Assembly: GCA_017308255.1 (NCBI GenBank)
Contig: JAFKFN010000017.1
Location: forward strand, 11,386-75,385
From: Altererythrobacter sp.
Lineage (GTDB): Bacteria; Pseudomonadota; Alphaproteobacteria; Sphingomonadales; Sphingomonadaceae
Direction of reading: 5' to 3'
Length of the DNA: 64,000 bases
Below, in pieces: positions 36,334 through 47,020 of the stretch. A model generated the notes under the pieces. It did no database searches. It was not told the origin of the DNA and saw only the letters and a list, made by a program, of their open reading frames with translations. Numbering within the stretch: position 1 is the first letter of the stretch; every line of letters starts with the position of its first letter. The translations under genes and the position numbers were made by a program.

Positions 36334-36669
36334 ATGCAGATCGGCAGCTTCTTCCGCACCGCCAACGGTTACGAAGGCATCATCGAGACCGCGACGCTCG
36401 ACATTCGCATCTCGATCGTTCCGGCCGAGCCGAGCGACGCCGACAATGCGCCGAACTGGCGCATTCATCGCGGCGACGGCGGCGAAGGCCCAGAGATCGG
36501 CGCGGGCTGGAACGAGACCGGCGAACGCGCCGGCGATTACGTCTCGCTGCGCATCGACGATCCCGCCTTAGCCCAGCCGCTCCGTGCCGCGCTGTTCCAG
36601 ACCACGGGCGACACGTCGGCCTGGTCGCTGCGCTGGAACCGCCAACCGAAGTCGCGCGAGCAGGACTGA
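36334..36669 (+). CDS. DUF736 family protein, second paralog
   Basis: MQIGSF, APNWRI, EIGAGW, YVSLRIDDP...LRAALF...LRW; SD AAGGAG. Confidence 0.88.
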   Translation: MQIGSFFRTANGYEGIIETATLDIRISIVPAEPSDADNAPNWRIHRGDGGEGPEIGAGWNETGERAGDYVSLRIDDPALAQPLRAALFQTTGDTSAWSLRWNRQPKSREQD

Positions 36670-36673
36670 TCCG

Positions 36674-37585
36674 GTGCGCTTTTCCATCATCCCTTTGTTC
36701 GCGGGAAAGCCGTCTCATCCCTCCGTCCCGCTCGGTCGCAGACCGGCCGGGGCGCGCAGCGGAGGTCAAAGGCGGCCGCAGGCCGGCGCGGCGCGCGCAC
36801 CCTTGAGCGTAGCGAGCACGCTGGCAGGCTGGCGGCGGAGCGGAGTCGGATCGGCGGTGGCGTTGGCCGTCGCGCTGATGTCCGGCGGCGCTGCGCCGGT
36901 CGCGGCAACGGCGCAGGATTTGCCGGCCGCACGATCGGCGGCGGCTCATCCATATGCCGGTCATGTCGCCGAGGCCGCGCGGCGATTCGGCATCCCCGAA
37001 GGGTGGATATGGGCGGTGATGCGCGTCGAGAGCGGCGGCAACTCCCGCGCCGTTTCGCGTGCGGGTGCGATGGGATTGATGCAGATCATGCCCGCGACCT
37101 GGGCCGATCTTCGCGCGCGATATGGCCTCGGCGCTGACCCGTTCGACGTGCGAGACAACATCATGGCGGGCGCGGCCTATCTGCACGCGATGCACGACCG
37201 CTACGGCAACGCGAGCGCGATGCTGGCAGCCTATAATGCCGGGCCGGGCCGCTACGACGATTACCTGTCGCGCGGCCGTCCGCTGCCGCCCGAGACGGTC
37301 GGCTACCTAGCTCAGCTCAGCGCCGTTGTCGGCCCATCGGGCGCTGCGGAGATGGCGGTGAGCGCACCGCCTGATCCGTTCGCCTGGCGCCGCGCCGCGC
37401 TGTTCGTCCGCACCGCGAGCGCCCCGTCCGAAGCCGTTTCCGTGCAGTCAGATGGCGAGGAGCCCGCGTCGGAGCTGCCAGCCGATGGGCCGACATCCGG
37501 TGACGTTCGCTCCGCAGCTTCGCCTTCGAATGAGCCGGAGGACACGCTGTTCGTGCCCCGCGCCCGCGCGGGCCGACTGCAATGA
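36674..37585 (+). CDS. Lytic transglycosylase (SLT, Msi107-like)
   Basis: VMRVESGG, GAMGLMQIMPAT, AAYNAGPGR; start uncertain. Confidence 0.88.
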   Translation: MRFSIIPLFAGKPSHPSVPLGRRPAGARSGGQRRPQAGAARAPLSVASTLAGWRRSGVGSAVALAVALMSGGAAPVAATAQDLPAARSAAAHPYAGHVAEAARRFGIPEGWIWAVMRVESGGNSRAVSRAGAMGLMQIMPATWADLRARYGLGADPFDVRDNIMAGAAYLHAMHDRYGNASAMLAAYNAGPGRYDDYLSRGRPLPPETVGYLAQLSAVVGPSGAAEMAVSAPPDPFAWRRAALFVRTASAPSEAVSVQSDGEEPASELPADGPTSGDVRSAASPSNEPEDTLFVPRARAGRLQ

Positions 37586-37823
37586 TTTGCGCGCTATCCC
37601 CATCATCCGTCCCGAGCAGGAAAGTGGCTGGGGAGGGAGAAAACGACAGGGACAGACGAGGGCAAGATATAAGCAGCGCCCCGTTTCGCCGAAAAGCCGA
37701 GGCTTTTCCGTGGCTTCACGCGGGGGCATCGGTCGGCACGCGTGCCGCGCGGAAGGAAAAAGGCAGCAATATCAACGTGCCGAACGGCACCACAGGCCGT
37801 TTTCGGCGGAAAGCCGTTCAGCC

Positions 37824-39584
37824 ATGAGCGAGGACGGCGAGTTCCGCGTCCGGCCGGGCAAGGCTAAGCGCACCAACGCCCAGGGCCGCAACGCGCGCGG
37901 GCTGGTGGCCGAGGTGCTGCGCGTGGCCGCCCTGCACAGCGGCGGCCGGCGCGGCGGTGCCAGCAGCGGGCACCGCGGTGCGCGATCGAGCTTTGGCCGG
38001 GGCCGCACAGCGTTCGCGCGCAATCGCCTGTTCGGCTCGGGCCGGCGGGTCATGGTGAAGATGCTGCCCGTCACCACGCGCAGCCGGGGCGGCCGGCGCA
38101 TGGCGCCGCTGTCCGCGCACGTTGCCTATCTGAAGCGCGAGGGCGTTACGCGCGACGGCTCGCCGACGCGCATGTTCGATGCCGAGGGGGACCGCGCCGA
38201 CGATCGCGGGTTCACCGAGCGGTGCAAGGATGACCGGCACCATTTCAGGGTCATCGTGTCGCCCGAGGATGCGGCCGAGCTGACGGACCTACGCGAATAC
38301 ACCCGCGACCTCATGCGCCAGATGGAGGCGGATCTGGGGACGCGGCTCGATTGGGTCGCGGTCGATCATTGGAACACTGACAATCCGCACGTCCACCTGA
38401 TCGTGCGTGGCGTCAACGATCAAGGCGGCGATCTCGTCATCTCCCGCGACTACATCAGCCACAATCTTCGCTCGCGCGCAGAGGAGCTGGCCTTCGCCGA
38501 GCTCGGGCCGAAGCCCGAGCATGAAGTCCAGCGTGCGCTCGACCGCGAGGTGACGGCCGAACGCTGGACGCGGCTCGACACGGAGATCGGCCGGGCCGCT
38601 GACGAGCTCGGCGTGATCGACCTCCGCCCCGAGCGGCCTGGTCCGGACGATCCGCGGTTACGCCGGCTGATGATCGGGCGCTTGCAGCATCTGGAGACGA
38701 TGGGGCTCGCCGCCGAGGGCGAGCCCGGACAGTGGGCGGTGGCGGAAGGCGCGCAAACCAAGCTGCGCGAGCTGGCCGCACGCGGCGACATCATCCGCAC
38801 GATCGGCGCGGCGTTGAAAGAGCGCGGCCAGGATCGGCCGCTCGATAGCTACGCCGTCGTCAGTGGTGCGCCCGAGAAGCCGATCGCCGGCCGGCTGATC
38901 GACAAGGGCTTGCACGACGAGCTGACCGGCACGGCCTATGCCGTGATCGACGGCACGGACGGGCGCACCCATCATGTCCGGCTTCCCGGCATTGAGGCGC
39001 TGGAGCACAGCCCCGCACTCGGCGGCGTCGTCGAGCTGCGCGGCGTCGGCCGCCCCGGCGAGGCGAAGCCGACGCTGATCCTTGCCACGCGGTCGGACCT
39101 CGACCTCGCCGCGCAGATCAAGGCGCCCGGTGCGACCTGGCTCGACCATCGGCTGATCGAGCGCGGCGCCGGGGTCGCGGACGGCGGGTTCGGCGCCGAG
39201 GTGCGTCGGGCGATAGACGCCCGCACCGACCATCTCGTCCGCGAGGGACTGGCCCGACGCTACGGTGAACGCGCGGTGTTCGAGCGCGGACTGCTCGACA
39301 CTCTGCGCAAGCGCGAGCTGGATGCCGTTGGCGCGAAGATCGCGGGCGATACCGGCCTTGCCTATCGCCCGGCCGCCACTGGCGAGAAGGTCGCCGGCGT
39401 GGTCCGCCAGCGGCTTGCGCTCGCCTCGGGCCGCTTCGCGATGATCGACGATGGGCTCGGCTTCCGCCTCGTGCCCTGGGCCAGCACTCTCGAGCAACAG
39501 CTCGGCCGGCAGGTCGCGGGCGTCGTCCGCTCAGGCGGCAGCATCGACTGGACGCTCGGCCGCAAACGCGGCCTCGGCCTCTAA
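37824..39584 (+). CDS. rlxS: Relaxase (RlxS/VirD2-like with DUF3363)
   Basis: HVAYLKREGV (Tyr), HHFRVIVSPED, HWNTDNPHVHLIVRG (HUH). Confidence 0.94.
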   Translation: MSEDGEFRVRPGKAKRTNAQGRNARGLVAEVLRVAALHSGGRRGGASSGHRGARSSFGRGRTAFARNRLFGSGRRVMVKMLPVTTRSRGGRRMAPLSAHVAYLKREGVTRDGSPTRMFDAEGDRADDRGFTERCKDDRHHFRVIVSPEDAAELTDLREYTRDLMRQMEADLGTRLDWVAVDHWNTDNPHVHLIVRGVNDQGGDLVISRDYISHNLRSRAEELAFAELGPKPEHEVQRALDREVTAERWTRLDTEIGRAADELGVIDLRPERPGPDDPRLRRLMIGRLQHLETMGLAAEGEPGQWAVAEGAQTKLRELAARGDIIRTIGAALKERGQDRPLDSYAVVSGAPEKPIAGRLIDKGLHDELTGTAYAVIDGTDGRTHHVRLPGIEALEHSPALGGVVELRGVGRPGEAKPTLILATRSDLDLAAQIKAPGATWLDHRLIERGAGVADGGFGAEVRRAIDARTDHLVREGLARRYGERAVFERGLLDTLRKRELDAVGAKIAGDTGLAYRPAATGEKVAGVVRQRLALASGRFAMIDDGLGFRLVPWASTLEQQLGRQVAGVVRSGGSIDWTLGRKRGLGL

Positions 39585-39598
39585 CGACAGGAGAACCC

Positions 39599-41572
39599 AT
39601 GTCCGCGACAAAGATTTTGTGGGGGCAGGTCATAACCGTGTTTCTGATCGTGCTCGCCGCAGTGTGGGGCGCGACCCAATGGACCGCCGCCGCGCTCGCC
39701 TATCAGCCCGAGCTGGGGCCGCCCTGGTTCATGCTCGGAGACTGGCGCGTCTATCCGCCGCCGGCCTTCTTCTGGTGGTGGTTCTCGTTCGACGCCTATG
39801 CGCCCGACATCTTCAAGACCGGCGCGTTCATCGCCGCGTCGGGCGGGTTCGTGTCGATCGCGGTCGCCATTGGCATGTCGGTGTGGCGCGCCCGCGAACT
39901 GAAGAACGCCGAGACCTACGGCTCGGCGCGCTGGGCGACCGAACGGGAGGTGCGCGCGGCCGGGCTGCTGGGGGCGAACGGCGTGGTGCTGGGCAAGCTC
40001 GCAGCCGACTATCTGCGCCACGACGGCCCCGAGCATGTGCTGTGCTTCGCGCCGACACGGAGCGGCAAGGGCGTTGGCCTCGTCGTGCCGTCGCTGCTGA
40101 CCTGGCCGGCCTCGGCGATCGTCCACGACATCAAGGGCGAGAACTGGACGCTGACCGCCGGCTTTCGGTCGCGCCACGGCCGCGTGCTGCTGTTTGATCC
40201 GACCAACGCCGCGTCGGCCGCCTACAATCCGCTGCTGGAGGTGCGGCGCGGCCAATGGGAGGTGCGCGACGTGCAGAATGTCGCGGACGTGCTGGTGGAT
40301 CCCGAAGGCAGCTTGGAGCGCCGGAACCATTGGGAGAAGACATCGCACTCGCTGCTGGTCGGCGCGATTCTCCACGTCCTCTACGCCGAGCCCGACAAGA
40401 CGCTGGCCGGCGTTGCGTCCTTCCTCTCCGATCCGTCGCGCACGATCGAGCAGACCTTGGCGGCGATGATGGCGACGCCGCACTTGGGCGAGGCCGGCGT
40501 GCATCCGGTCGTCGCCAGCGCCGCGCGCGAACTGCTGAACAAGTCCGACAACGAGCGATCGGGCGTGCTCAGCACGGCCATGTCGTTTCTCGGCCTCTAC
40601 CGCGATCCTGTCGTCGCGCAGGTCACGCGCGCCTGCCAGTGGCGCATAACGGATCTAATCGAGGGCGAGCGGCCAGCGACGCTGTATCTGGTCGTGCCGC
40701 CCAGCGACATCTCGCGCACCAAGCCGCTCATCCGCCTCATCCTCAACCAGATCGGGCGCCGGCTGACCGAGGAGCTGACACCCAAGGGAAACCGCCATCG
40801 CGTGCTGCTGATGCTCGATGAGTTCCCCGCCCTCGGCCGTCTCGACTTCTTCGAGTCCGCCCTGGCGTTCATGGCGGGTTACGGACTCAAGGCGTTCCTG
40901 ATCGCGCAGAGCCTCAATCAGATCGAGAAGGCTTATGGCCCGAACAACGCGATCCTCGACAACTGCCACGTCCGCGTGAGCTTCGCCACGAACGACGAGC
41001 GGACGGCCAAGCGGGTGTCGGACGCGCTCGGCACCGCGACCGAGATGCGCGCGATGAAGAACTATGCCGGGCACCGCCTGTCGCCGTGGCTGGGGCATTT
41101 GATGGTGTCGCGCTCCGAGACGGCTCGCCAGCTCCTCACGCCCGGCGAGGTGATGCAGCTCCCGCCCGACGACGAGATCGTGATGGTGGCGGGCGTCCAT
41201 CCCATCCGCGCGAAGAAGGCGCGCTACTTTCGCGATCGGCGTTTCGCCGAGCGGATCGTGGACGCGCCGAAGCCTGCCGCTGACGCCGTGCGGCCCGACG
41301 ATTGGACCGAGCGCACCGCGGCCGCCGATCCTACCGACGTGGCGCGGATCGTGCGCGCCCAAGAGGATGCCGCCAATGGCGGGCTGCGCCGCGAGCCGGA
41401 GCTTCCCGAGCATGTCGCCATCACGCCCGAGACGACCGCGCCGCCCGCGCAGGAGTTTGCGATCGTCGACGACGAGCAGGACGACGCGGCGCGGCAGGCG
41501 GCGTTGCGGCGCCGGATGCAGAGACTCGCGCGGCAAGCATCGCTCGACCCCGGCGACGGCATCGAGCTGTAG
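39599..41572 (+). CDS. traG: Type IV coupling protein TraG/VirD4
   Basis: TYGSARWA, APTRSGKG Walker A, LDEFPALG, IAQSLNQI. Confidence 0.96.
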   Translation: MSATKILWGQVITVFLIVLAAVWGATQWTAAALAYQPELGPPWFMLGDWRVYPPPAFFWWWFSFDAYAPDIFKTGAFIAASGGFVSIAVAIGMSVWRARELKNAETYGSARWATEREVRAAGLLGANGVVLGKLAADYLRHDGPEHVLCFAPTRSGKGVGLVVPSLLTWPASAIVHDIKGENWTLTAGFRSRHGRVLLFDPTNAASAAYNPLLEVRRGQWEVRDVQNVADVLVDPEGSLERRNHWEKTSHSLLVGAILHVLYAEPDKTLAGVASFLSDPSRTIEQTLAAMMATPHLGEAGVHPVVASAARELLNKSDNERSGVLSTAMSFLGLYRDPVVAQVTRACQWRITDLIEGERPATLYLVVPPSDISRTKPLIRLILNQIGRRLTEELTPKGNRHRVLLMLDEFPALGRLDFFESALAFMAGYGLKAFLIAQSLNQIEKAYGPNNAILDNCHVRVSFATNDERTAKRVSDALGTATEMRAMKNYAGHRLSPWLGHLMVSRSETARQLLTPGEVMQLPPDDEIVMVAGVHPIRAKKARYFRDRRFAERIVDAPKPAADAVRPDDWTERTAAADPTDVARIVRAQEDAANGGLRREPELPEHVAITPETTAPPAQEFAIVDDEQDDAARQAALRRRMQRLARQASLDPGDGIEL

Positions 41573-41582
41573 GAGTCCGCCC

Positions 41583-42008
41583 ATGCGAACCAGGCTCAAC
41601 GTCTATTTTCCGCCCGCGCTCGCCAAGCAGGTTGACGAGCTGGCGATCCGGCGACGCATCTCACGCTCGGCGATCGTAGAGGCGGCGGTAGCGTCCTACC
41701 TGTCGCCGGACGGCGCCGACCGGATGGAGGCGGCGTTCGCGCGCCGGCTCGATCGTTTGTCACGTCAGATGCAGCGCCTGGAGCGCAACACCGGCCTGAC
41801 GACCGAGGCGCTGACATTATTCGTGCGCTTCTGGCTATCGGTGACGCCGCCGCTTCCCGACGAGGATCAGGCGGCCGCGCAGGTGAAGGGCCGCAAGCGC
41901 TATGAGGGCTTCGTCGAGACGCTCGGTCGGCGCTTCGCCAGTGGGAAGAGTCTGCTCGACGAAATCCCCGAAGATATCTGGCCGAAAACGCCGACCGATT
42001 CGGAATAG
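41583..42008 (+). CDS. CopG/RHH DNA-binding protein
   Basis: RTRLNVYF...SRSAIVEAAVASYLSPD. Confidence 0.88.
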   Translation: MRTRLNVYFPPALAKQVDELAIRRRISRSAIVEAAVASYLSPDGADRMEAAFARRLDRLSRQMQRLERNTGLTTEALTLFVRFWLSVTPPLPDEDQAAAQVKGRKRYEGFVETLGRRFASGKSLLDEIPEDIWPKTPTDSE

Positions 42009-42178
42009 ACGCGCCGCGATCGTCGGCGCGACCGAGGGCGCGATCCGCACTCCGTAAGTATCTGCCGCCGCTTCTACTACGCCGTAAGCTATCTATTGCA
42101 GCGGCCGAGTTTCTGGCTCTCTTGATGTGCTCCTGACGCCGGGCGGCGGTTCGCCCGGTCCATTTCAGGGGCCAAGTC

Positions 42179-43165
42179 TTGACCGTTCATCCGATCCGAT
42201 CCGAGGCAAAATCACGCGGCGCACGGATGCTGCGCACAGCGCTCGGACCGTCGATTGCGGCATGGCTCGACGATCCCGCCGTCATCGAGGTGATGCTGAA
42301 CCCGGACGGCCGGCTGTGGCTCGATCGGCTCGGCGACGGGATCAGCGATACCGGCGAGCTGCTGTCCGCCGCCGATGGCGAACGCATCGTCCGCCTGGTC
42401 GCGCACCATGTCGGCGTCGAGGTTCACGCCCGTAGCCCGCGCGTTTCGGCCGAACTGCCGGAAGGGGGCGAGCGGTTCGAGGGGTTGTTGCCACCCGTCG
42501 TCGCCGCGCCTGCCTTCGCTATCCGCAAGCCGGCCGTCGCCGTCTTCACGCTCGATGACTATGCGGCAGCCGGCATCATGTCGGCGCCGCACGCCGAGGC
42601 GCTGCGGCATGGCGTCGAGAGGCGCGCCAACATCCTTGTCGCGGGCGGCACAGGCGCAGGCAAGACCACGCTGGTCAACGCGCTGCTCGCGGAGGTGGCG
42701 AAGACTACCGATCGCATCGTTCTGATCGAAGACACTCGCGAGCTGCAATGCGCGGCGCCGAACCTCGTCGCCATGCGGACCAAGGACGGCGTGGTGTCGC
42801 TCGCCGAGCTGGTCCGCTCATCGCTGCGCCTGCGGCCCGACCGCATCCCCATCGGCGAGGTGCGCGGCGCCGAGGCGCTCGACCTTATCAAAGCCTGGGG
42901 CACCGGCCATCCCGGCGGCGTCGGCACGATCCACGCCGGGTCTGCGCTCGGCGCGCTCCGCCGCATGGAGCAGCTCGTGCAGGAGGCCGTGGTCACGGTC
43001 CCGCGCGCGCTCATCGCCGAGACCATCGACCTCATCGCCGTGCTGGTCCGCGACGCGCACGGGCGCCGACTCACCGAGCTGGCCCGTGTCGAAGGACTCG
43101 ACCCTGGCACCGGCGACTACCGCCTTATTCCTCTTTCCACCACCCAGCCGGGAGACCTCAAATGA
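42179..43165 (+). CDS. trbB: P-type T4SS ATPase TrbB
   Basis: [43 protein letters not shown]. Confidence 0.96.
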   Translation: MTVHPIRSEAKSRGARMLRTALGPSIAAWLDDPAVIEVMLNPDGRLWLDRLGDGISDTGELLSAADGERIVRLVAHHVGVEVHARSPRVSAELPEGGERFEGLLPPVVAAPAFAIRKPAVAVFTLDDYAAAGIMSAPHAEALRHGVERRANILVAGGTGAGKTTLVNALLAEVAKTTDRIVLIEDTRELQCAAPNLVAMRTKDGVVSLAELVRSSLRLRPDRIPIGEVRGAEALDLIKAWGTGHPGGVGTIHAGSALGALRRMEQLVQEAVVTVPRALIAETIDLIAVLVRDAHGRRLTELARVEGLDPGTGDYRLIPLSTTQPGDLK

Positions 43166-43497
43166 TCCATGCCCTTAGGCATGGCGCACGACGCGCCATG
43201 CTTACAGCCACCGCCAGCGTAATCGCGATGCTCTACGCGGTGCCCGCCCATGCGGGCGGCTCGTCGATGCCGTGGGAAGCGCCGCTCCAGTCGATCCTCG
43301 AAAGCATCGAGGGGCCGGTCGCCAAGATCGTCGCGGTCATCATCATCATCGTGACCGGTCTGACGCTGGCGTTCGGCGATACGTCGGGCGGCTTCCGAAG
43401 GCTGATCCAGATCGTGTTCGGCCTATCGATCGCGTTCGCGGCCAGCTCCTTCTTCCTCAGCTTCTTCAGCTTCGGTGGCGGAGCGCTGATAGCATGA
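43162..43497 (+). CDS. trbC: Conjugative pilin TrbC/VirB2
   Basis: AHAGGSSMPWEAPL, two TM segments. Confidence 0.94.
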   Translation: MIHALRHGARRAMLTATASVIAMLYAVPAHAGGSSMPWEAPLQSILESIEGPVAKIVAVIIIIVTGLTLAFGDTSGGFRRLIQIVFGLSIAFAASSFFLSFFSFGGGALIA

Positions 43498-43775
43498 CCG
43501 GCGCGGTCGGTCCTGGCGAGCCGATCGCGGGCTACTTCGCGCCCGTCCATCGGGCGCTGACCGAGCCGATTTTGCTCGGCGGCGCCCCGCGCTCGCTCGC
43601 CATCGTCAACGGGACGCTGGCGGGTGCAATCGGTCTCGGCCTCCGCCTCTGGATCGCCGGCCTCGTCATCTGGGCGATCGGCCACGCGCTCTCCGTCTGG
43701 GCCGCGCGCCGCGACCCGCAATTCGTGGACGTGGCCCGCCGCCACCTCCGTTACCCGAGCTGGATGCGGCCATGA
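43494..43775 (+). CDS. trbD: TrbD/VirB3
   Basis: PVHRALTEPILLGGAPR, RRDPQF. Confidence 0.94.
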   Translation: MTGAVGPGEPIAGYFAPVHRALTEPILLGGAPRSLAIVNGTLAGAIGLGLRLWIAGLVIWAIGHALSVWAARRDPQFVDVARRHLRYPSWMRP

Positions 43776-46261
43776 TGAGCCTGCGTGAATACCGCAACAA
43801 GGCGGCGCACCTTGCCGACTTCCTGCCCTGGGCCGCGCTGGTCGGCGAAGGGGTCGTGCTCAACAAGGACGGGTCGTTCCAGCGCACCGCCCGGTTCCGC
43901 GGCCCCGATCTCGACAGCGCCACGCCGGCCGAGCTGGTGGCGACGACATCGCGGCTGAACAATTCTCTTCGCCGGCTCGGCTCCGGCTGGGCGATCTTCG
44001 TCGAGGCGCAGCGCTTGCCCGCGCTCGACTATCCCGACGCCGAGTTCGCCGATCCGGTTTCCGCGCTCGTGGACATGGAGCGGCGCGAACAATTCCGTGA
44101 AGAAGGCGCGCATTTCGAGAGCCGCTACTTCCTGACGCTGCTGTGGATGCCGCCGGCAGAGGAAGCCGCGCGCGCCGAAGGCTGGCTCTACGAGGGTCGC
44201 TCGACCACCGGCGTCGATCCGCGGGAGTTGCTCAAGAGCTTCGCCGATCGCAGCGACCGCGTGTTGAACCTGGTCGAAGGTTTCGTGCCCGAGGTTCGCT
44301 GGCTCGATGACGCCGAGACGCTGACCTATCTGCACAGCACGGCTTCTACCCGTCGCCAGCGCGTTCGCGTTCCCGAAACGCCGATGCATCTCGACGCGCT
44401 CTTGGCAGACGAGCCGCTAACCGGCGGGCTGGAGCCGCGCCTGGGCGATCATCATCTGCGCACGCTCACCATCGTCGGTTTTCCCAGTGTCACGTTCCCG
44501 GGCCTGCTCGACGAGCTGAACCGGCTTGCCTTCGAGTATCGCTGGTCCACCCGCGCGATCATGCTCGACAAGACCGACGCGACCAAGCTGCTGACCCGCA
44601 TCCGGCGCCAGTGGTTTGCCAAGCGCAAGTCCGTCGCGGCCATCTTGAAGGAGGTGATGACCAACGAGGCGAGCACACTGCTCGACAGCGACGCCTCGAA
44701 CAAGGCCGCAGACGCCGACACGGCCCTGCAGGAGTTGGGCGCCGACTACGCCGGCATGGCCTACGTCACCGCGACGGTGACGGTATGGGACCGCGATCCG
44801 GCCATCGTCGCCGAAAAACTGCGGCTGGCCGAGAAGATCATCCAGGGTCGCGACTTCACCGTCATCCCCGAGAGCATGAACGCGATCGAAGCATGGTTGG
44901 GAAGTCTGCCCGGCCACACCTACGCCAACGTCCGGCAACCGCCGATCTCCACCATCAATCTCGCCCACCTGATCCCCCTGTCAGCGGTATGGGCGGGGCC
45001 GGAACGGGACGAGCATTTCGGTGCAGCCCCCTTGCTCTACGCAAGAACCGAAGGCTCGACCCCGTTCCGGTTTTCCCTTCACGTCGGCGATGTCGGTCAC
45101 ACGCTGATCGTCGGCCCGACTGGCGCCGGCAAGTCGGTGCTGCTCGCCCTCATGGCGATGCAGTTCCGCCGCTACGAGAACGGCCAGGTCTTCGCCTTCG
45201 ATTTCGGCGGCAGCATCCGCGCCGCCGCGATCGGCATGGGCGGCGACTGGCAGGATCTCGGTGGGATGCTCGCCGACGAGGCCGGCGACGGCGTGCAGCT
45301 CCAGCCGCTCGCACGCATCGACGATCCGGCCGAGCGCGCATGGGCAGCCGAATGGCTGGGGGCGATCCTGACGAGCGAAGGCGTCGCGGTCGATCCGCAG
45401 GCCAAGGAGCATATCTGGTCTGCGCTGGGATCGCTGGCGTCCGCGCCGATCGCCGAGCGGACCCTGACCGGGCTTGCCGTGCTGCTCCAGAGCCAGCAGC
45501 TCAAGCAGGCGCTCGCACCCTATTGCATCGGCGGGACGTGGGGTCGGCTGCTCGACGCCGAGGCCGAACGGATCGGCGAGGCCGACGTGCAGGCTTTCGA
45601 GACCGAGGGCCTGGTCGGCGCCGGATCGGCCGCGGCAGTCCTGTCCTATCTGTTTCACCGCATCGGCGATCGGCTCGACGGCTCGCCCACGCTCATCATC
45701 ATCGACGAGGGCTGGCTGGTCCTCGATAGCCCAGACTTCGCTGCGCAACTCCGCGAATGGCTGAAGACGCTGCGCAAGAAGAACGCCAGCGTCGTGTTCG
45801 CCACGCAGAGTCTCGCAGACATCGAGACGAGCGACATCGCGCCGGCCATCATCGAATCCTGCCCGACCCGCATCTTCCTGCCGAACGAGCGCGCGGCCGA
45901 GCCGCAGATCGCGGCCATCTACGAGCGGTTCGGGCTCAATGCTCGCCAGATCGAGATACTGAGCCGGGCGACGCCGAAGCGCGACTATTACTGCCAGTCG
46001 CGGCGCGGCAATCGGCTGTTCGAGCTGGGCCTGGGCGAAGTCGCGCTCGCCTTCGCGGCCGCTTCCTCCAAGACCGATCAGCTCCGCATCGCCGAACTGG
46101 TCGAGACCCACGGCCGCGAGCACTTCGCCGCCGAATGGCTGCGGCATCGCGGCTGCGCCTGGGCGATCGAGCTTCTTCCCGAACCCCAACCCGATCCGCT
46201 GGCCGGTCGCCGGGAAGATACTGGCCAGCTCCCCCTTGCCATGAAGGACATGACCCCATGA
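43772..46261 (+). CDS. trbE: TrbE/VirB4 ATPase
   Basis: LADFLPW, GPTGAGKS, FDFGGS, IDEGW, ATQS. Confidence 0.97.
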   Translation: MMSLREYRNKAAHLADFLPWAALVGEGVVLNKDGSFQRTARFRGPDLDSATPAELVATTSRLNNSLRRLGSGWAIFVEAQRLPALDYPDAEFADPVSALVDMERREQFREEGAHFESRYFLTLLWMPPAEEAARAEGWLYEGRSTTGVDPRELLKSFADRSDRVLNLVEGFVPEVRWLDDAETLTYLHSTASTRRQRVRVPETPMHLDALLADEPLTGGLEPRLGDHHLRTLTIVGFPSVTFPGLLDELNRLAFEYRWSTRAIMLDKTDATKLLTRIRRQWFAKRKSVAAILKEVMTNEASTLLDSDASNKAADADTALQELGADYAGMAYVTATVTVWDRDPAIVAEKLRLAEKIIQGRDFTVIPESMNAIEAWLGSLPGHTYANVRQPPISTINLAHLIPLSAVWAGPERDEHFGAAPLLYARTEGSTPFRFSLHVGDVGHTLIVGPTGAGKSVLLALMAMQFRRYENGQVFAFDFGGSIRAAAIGMGGDWQDLGGMLADEAGDGVQLQPLARIDDPAERAWAAEWLGAILTSEGVAVDPQAKEHIWSALGSLASAPIAERTLTGLAVLLQSQQLKQALAPYCIGGTWGRLLDAEAERIGEADVQAFETEGLVGAGSAAAVLSYLFHRIGDRLDGSPTLIIIDEGWLVLDSPDFAAQLREWLKTLRKKNASVVFATQSLADIETSDIAPAIIESCPTRIFLPNERAAEPQIAAIYERFGLNARQIEILSRATPKRDYYCQSRRGNRLFELGLGEVALAFAAASSKTDQLRIAELVETHGREHFAAEWLRHRGCAWAIELLPEPQPDPLAGRREDTGQLPLAMKDMTP

Positions 46262-47016
46262 AGCCCTCCATCCTGCGTCGCGCCGTCCTGGCCGGCACCA
46301 TCGCCACGTCGAGCATGATCGGCATCACCGCCGCCACGCCCGCGCACGCTCAGTTCGGCGGCATCGTCTATGACCCGACCAACTACGCGCAGAACGTGCT
46401 GACGGCCGCCCGGTCGCTCCAGCAAATCAACAACCAGATTCAGCAAATCCAGAATCAGGCGACGAGCCTTATCAACGAGGCGCGCAACCTGACCTCGTTG
46501 CCGTTCAGCTCGCTCCAGCAGTTGCAGCAGCAGGTGCAGCGCACCCAGCAGCTTCTCGGGGAAGCACAGCGCATCGCCTACGACGTGCAGAACGTCCAAC
46601 AGGCGTTCAGCAACCGCTACAAGGGCGCGGCGCTCACCGGCAGCCACGCGCAGATGGTTGCCAACGCGAATGCGCGCTGGGAGGATAGCGTCGGCGCGTT
46701 CGAGGATGCGCTGCGTGTGCAGGCTGGCGTCGTCGGCAACATCAACGGCACGCGCACGACGATGGATGGCCTGGTCTCGTCCAGCCAGTCCGCGACCGGC
46801 GCGCTCCAGGCCGCGCAGGCGGGCAACCAGCTTCTCGCTCTGCAATCGCAGCAACTCGCGGACCTGACGGCGCTGCTCGCCGCGCAGGGCCGGGCGCAGG
46901 CGTTGGATTCGGCGCGCAATGCGGCCGTCGAAGCCGAAAGCCGCGAACGGCTCCGCCGCTTCCTGGCGCGACCCACCGGCTATCAGCCGGGCAACGCGCG
47001 CATGTTCCACGACTGA
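46258..47016 (+). CDS. trbJ: TrbJ/VirB5
   Basis: VYDPTNYAQNVLTAAR, ALQAAQAGNQLLA. Confidence 0.95.
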   Translation: MKPSILRRAVLAGTIATSSMIGITAATPAHAQFGGIVYDPTNYAQNVLTAARSLQQINNQIQQIQNQATSLINEARNLTSLPFSSLQQLQQQVQRTQQLLGEAQRIAYDVQNVQQAFSNRYKGAALTGSHAQMVANANARWEDSVGAFEDALRVQAGVVGNINGTRTTMDGLVSSSQSATGALQAAQAGNQLLALQSQQLADLTALLAAQGRAQALDSARNAAVEAESRERLRRFLARPTGYQPGNARMFHD

Positions 47017-47020
47017 GCCG

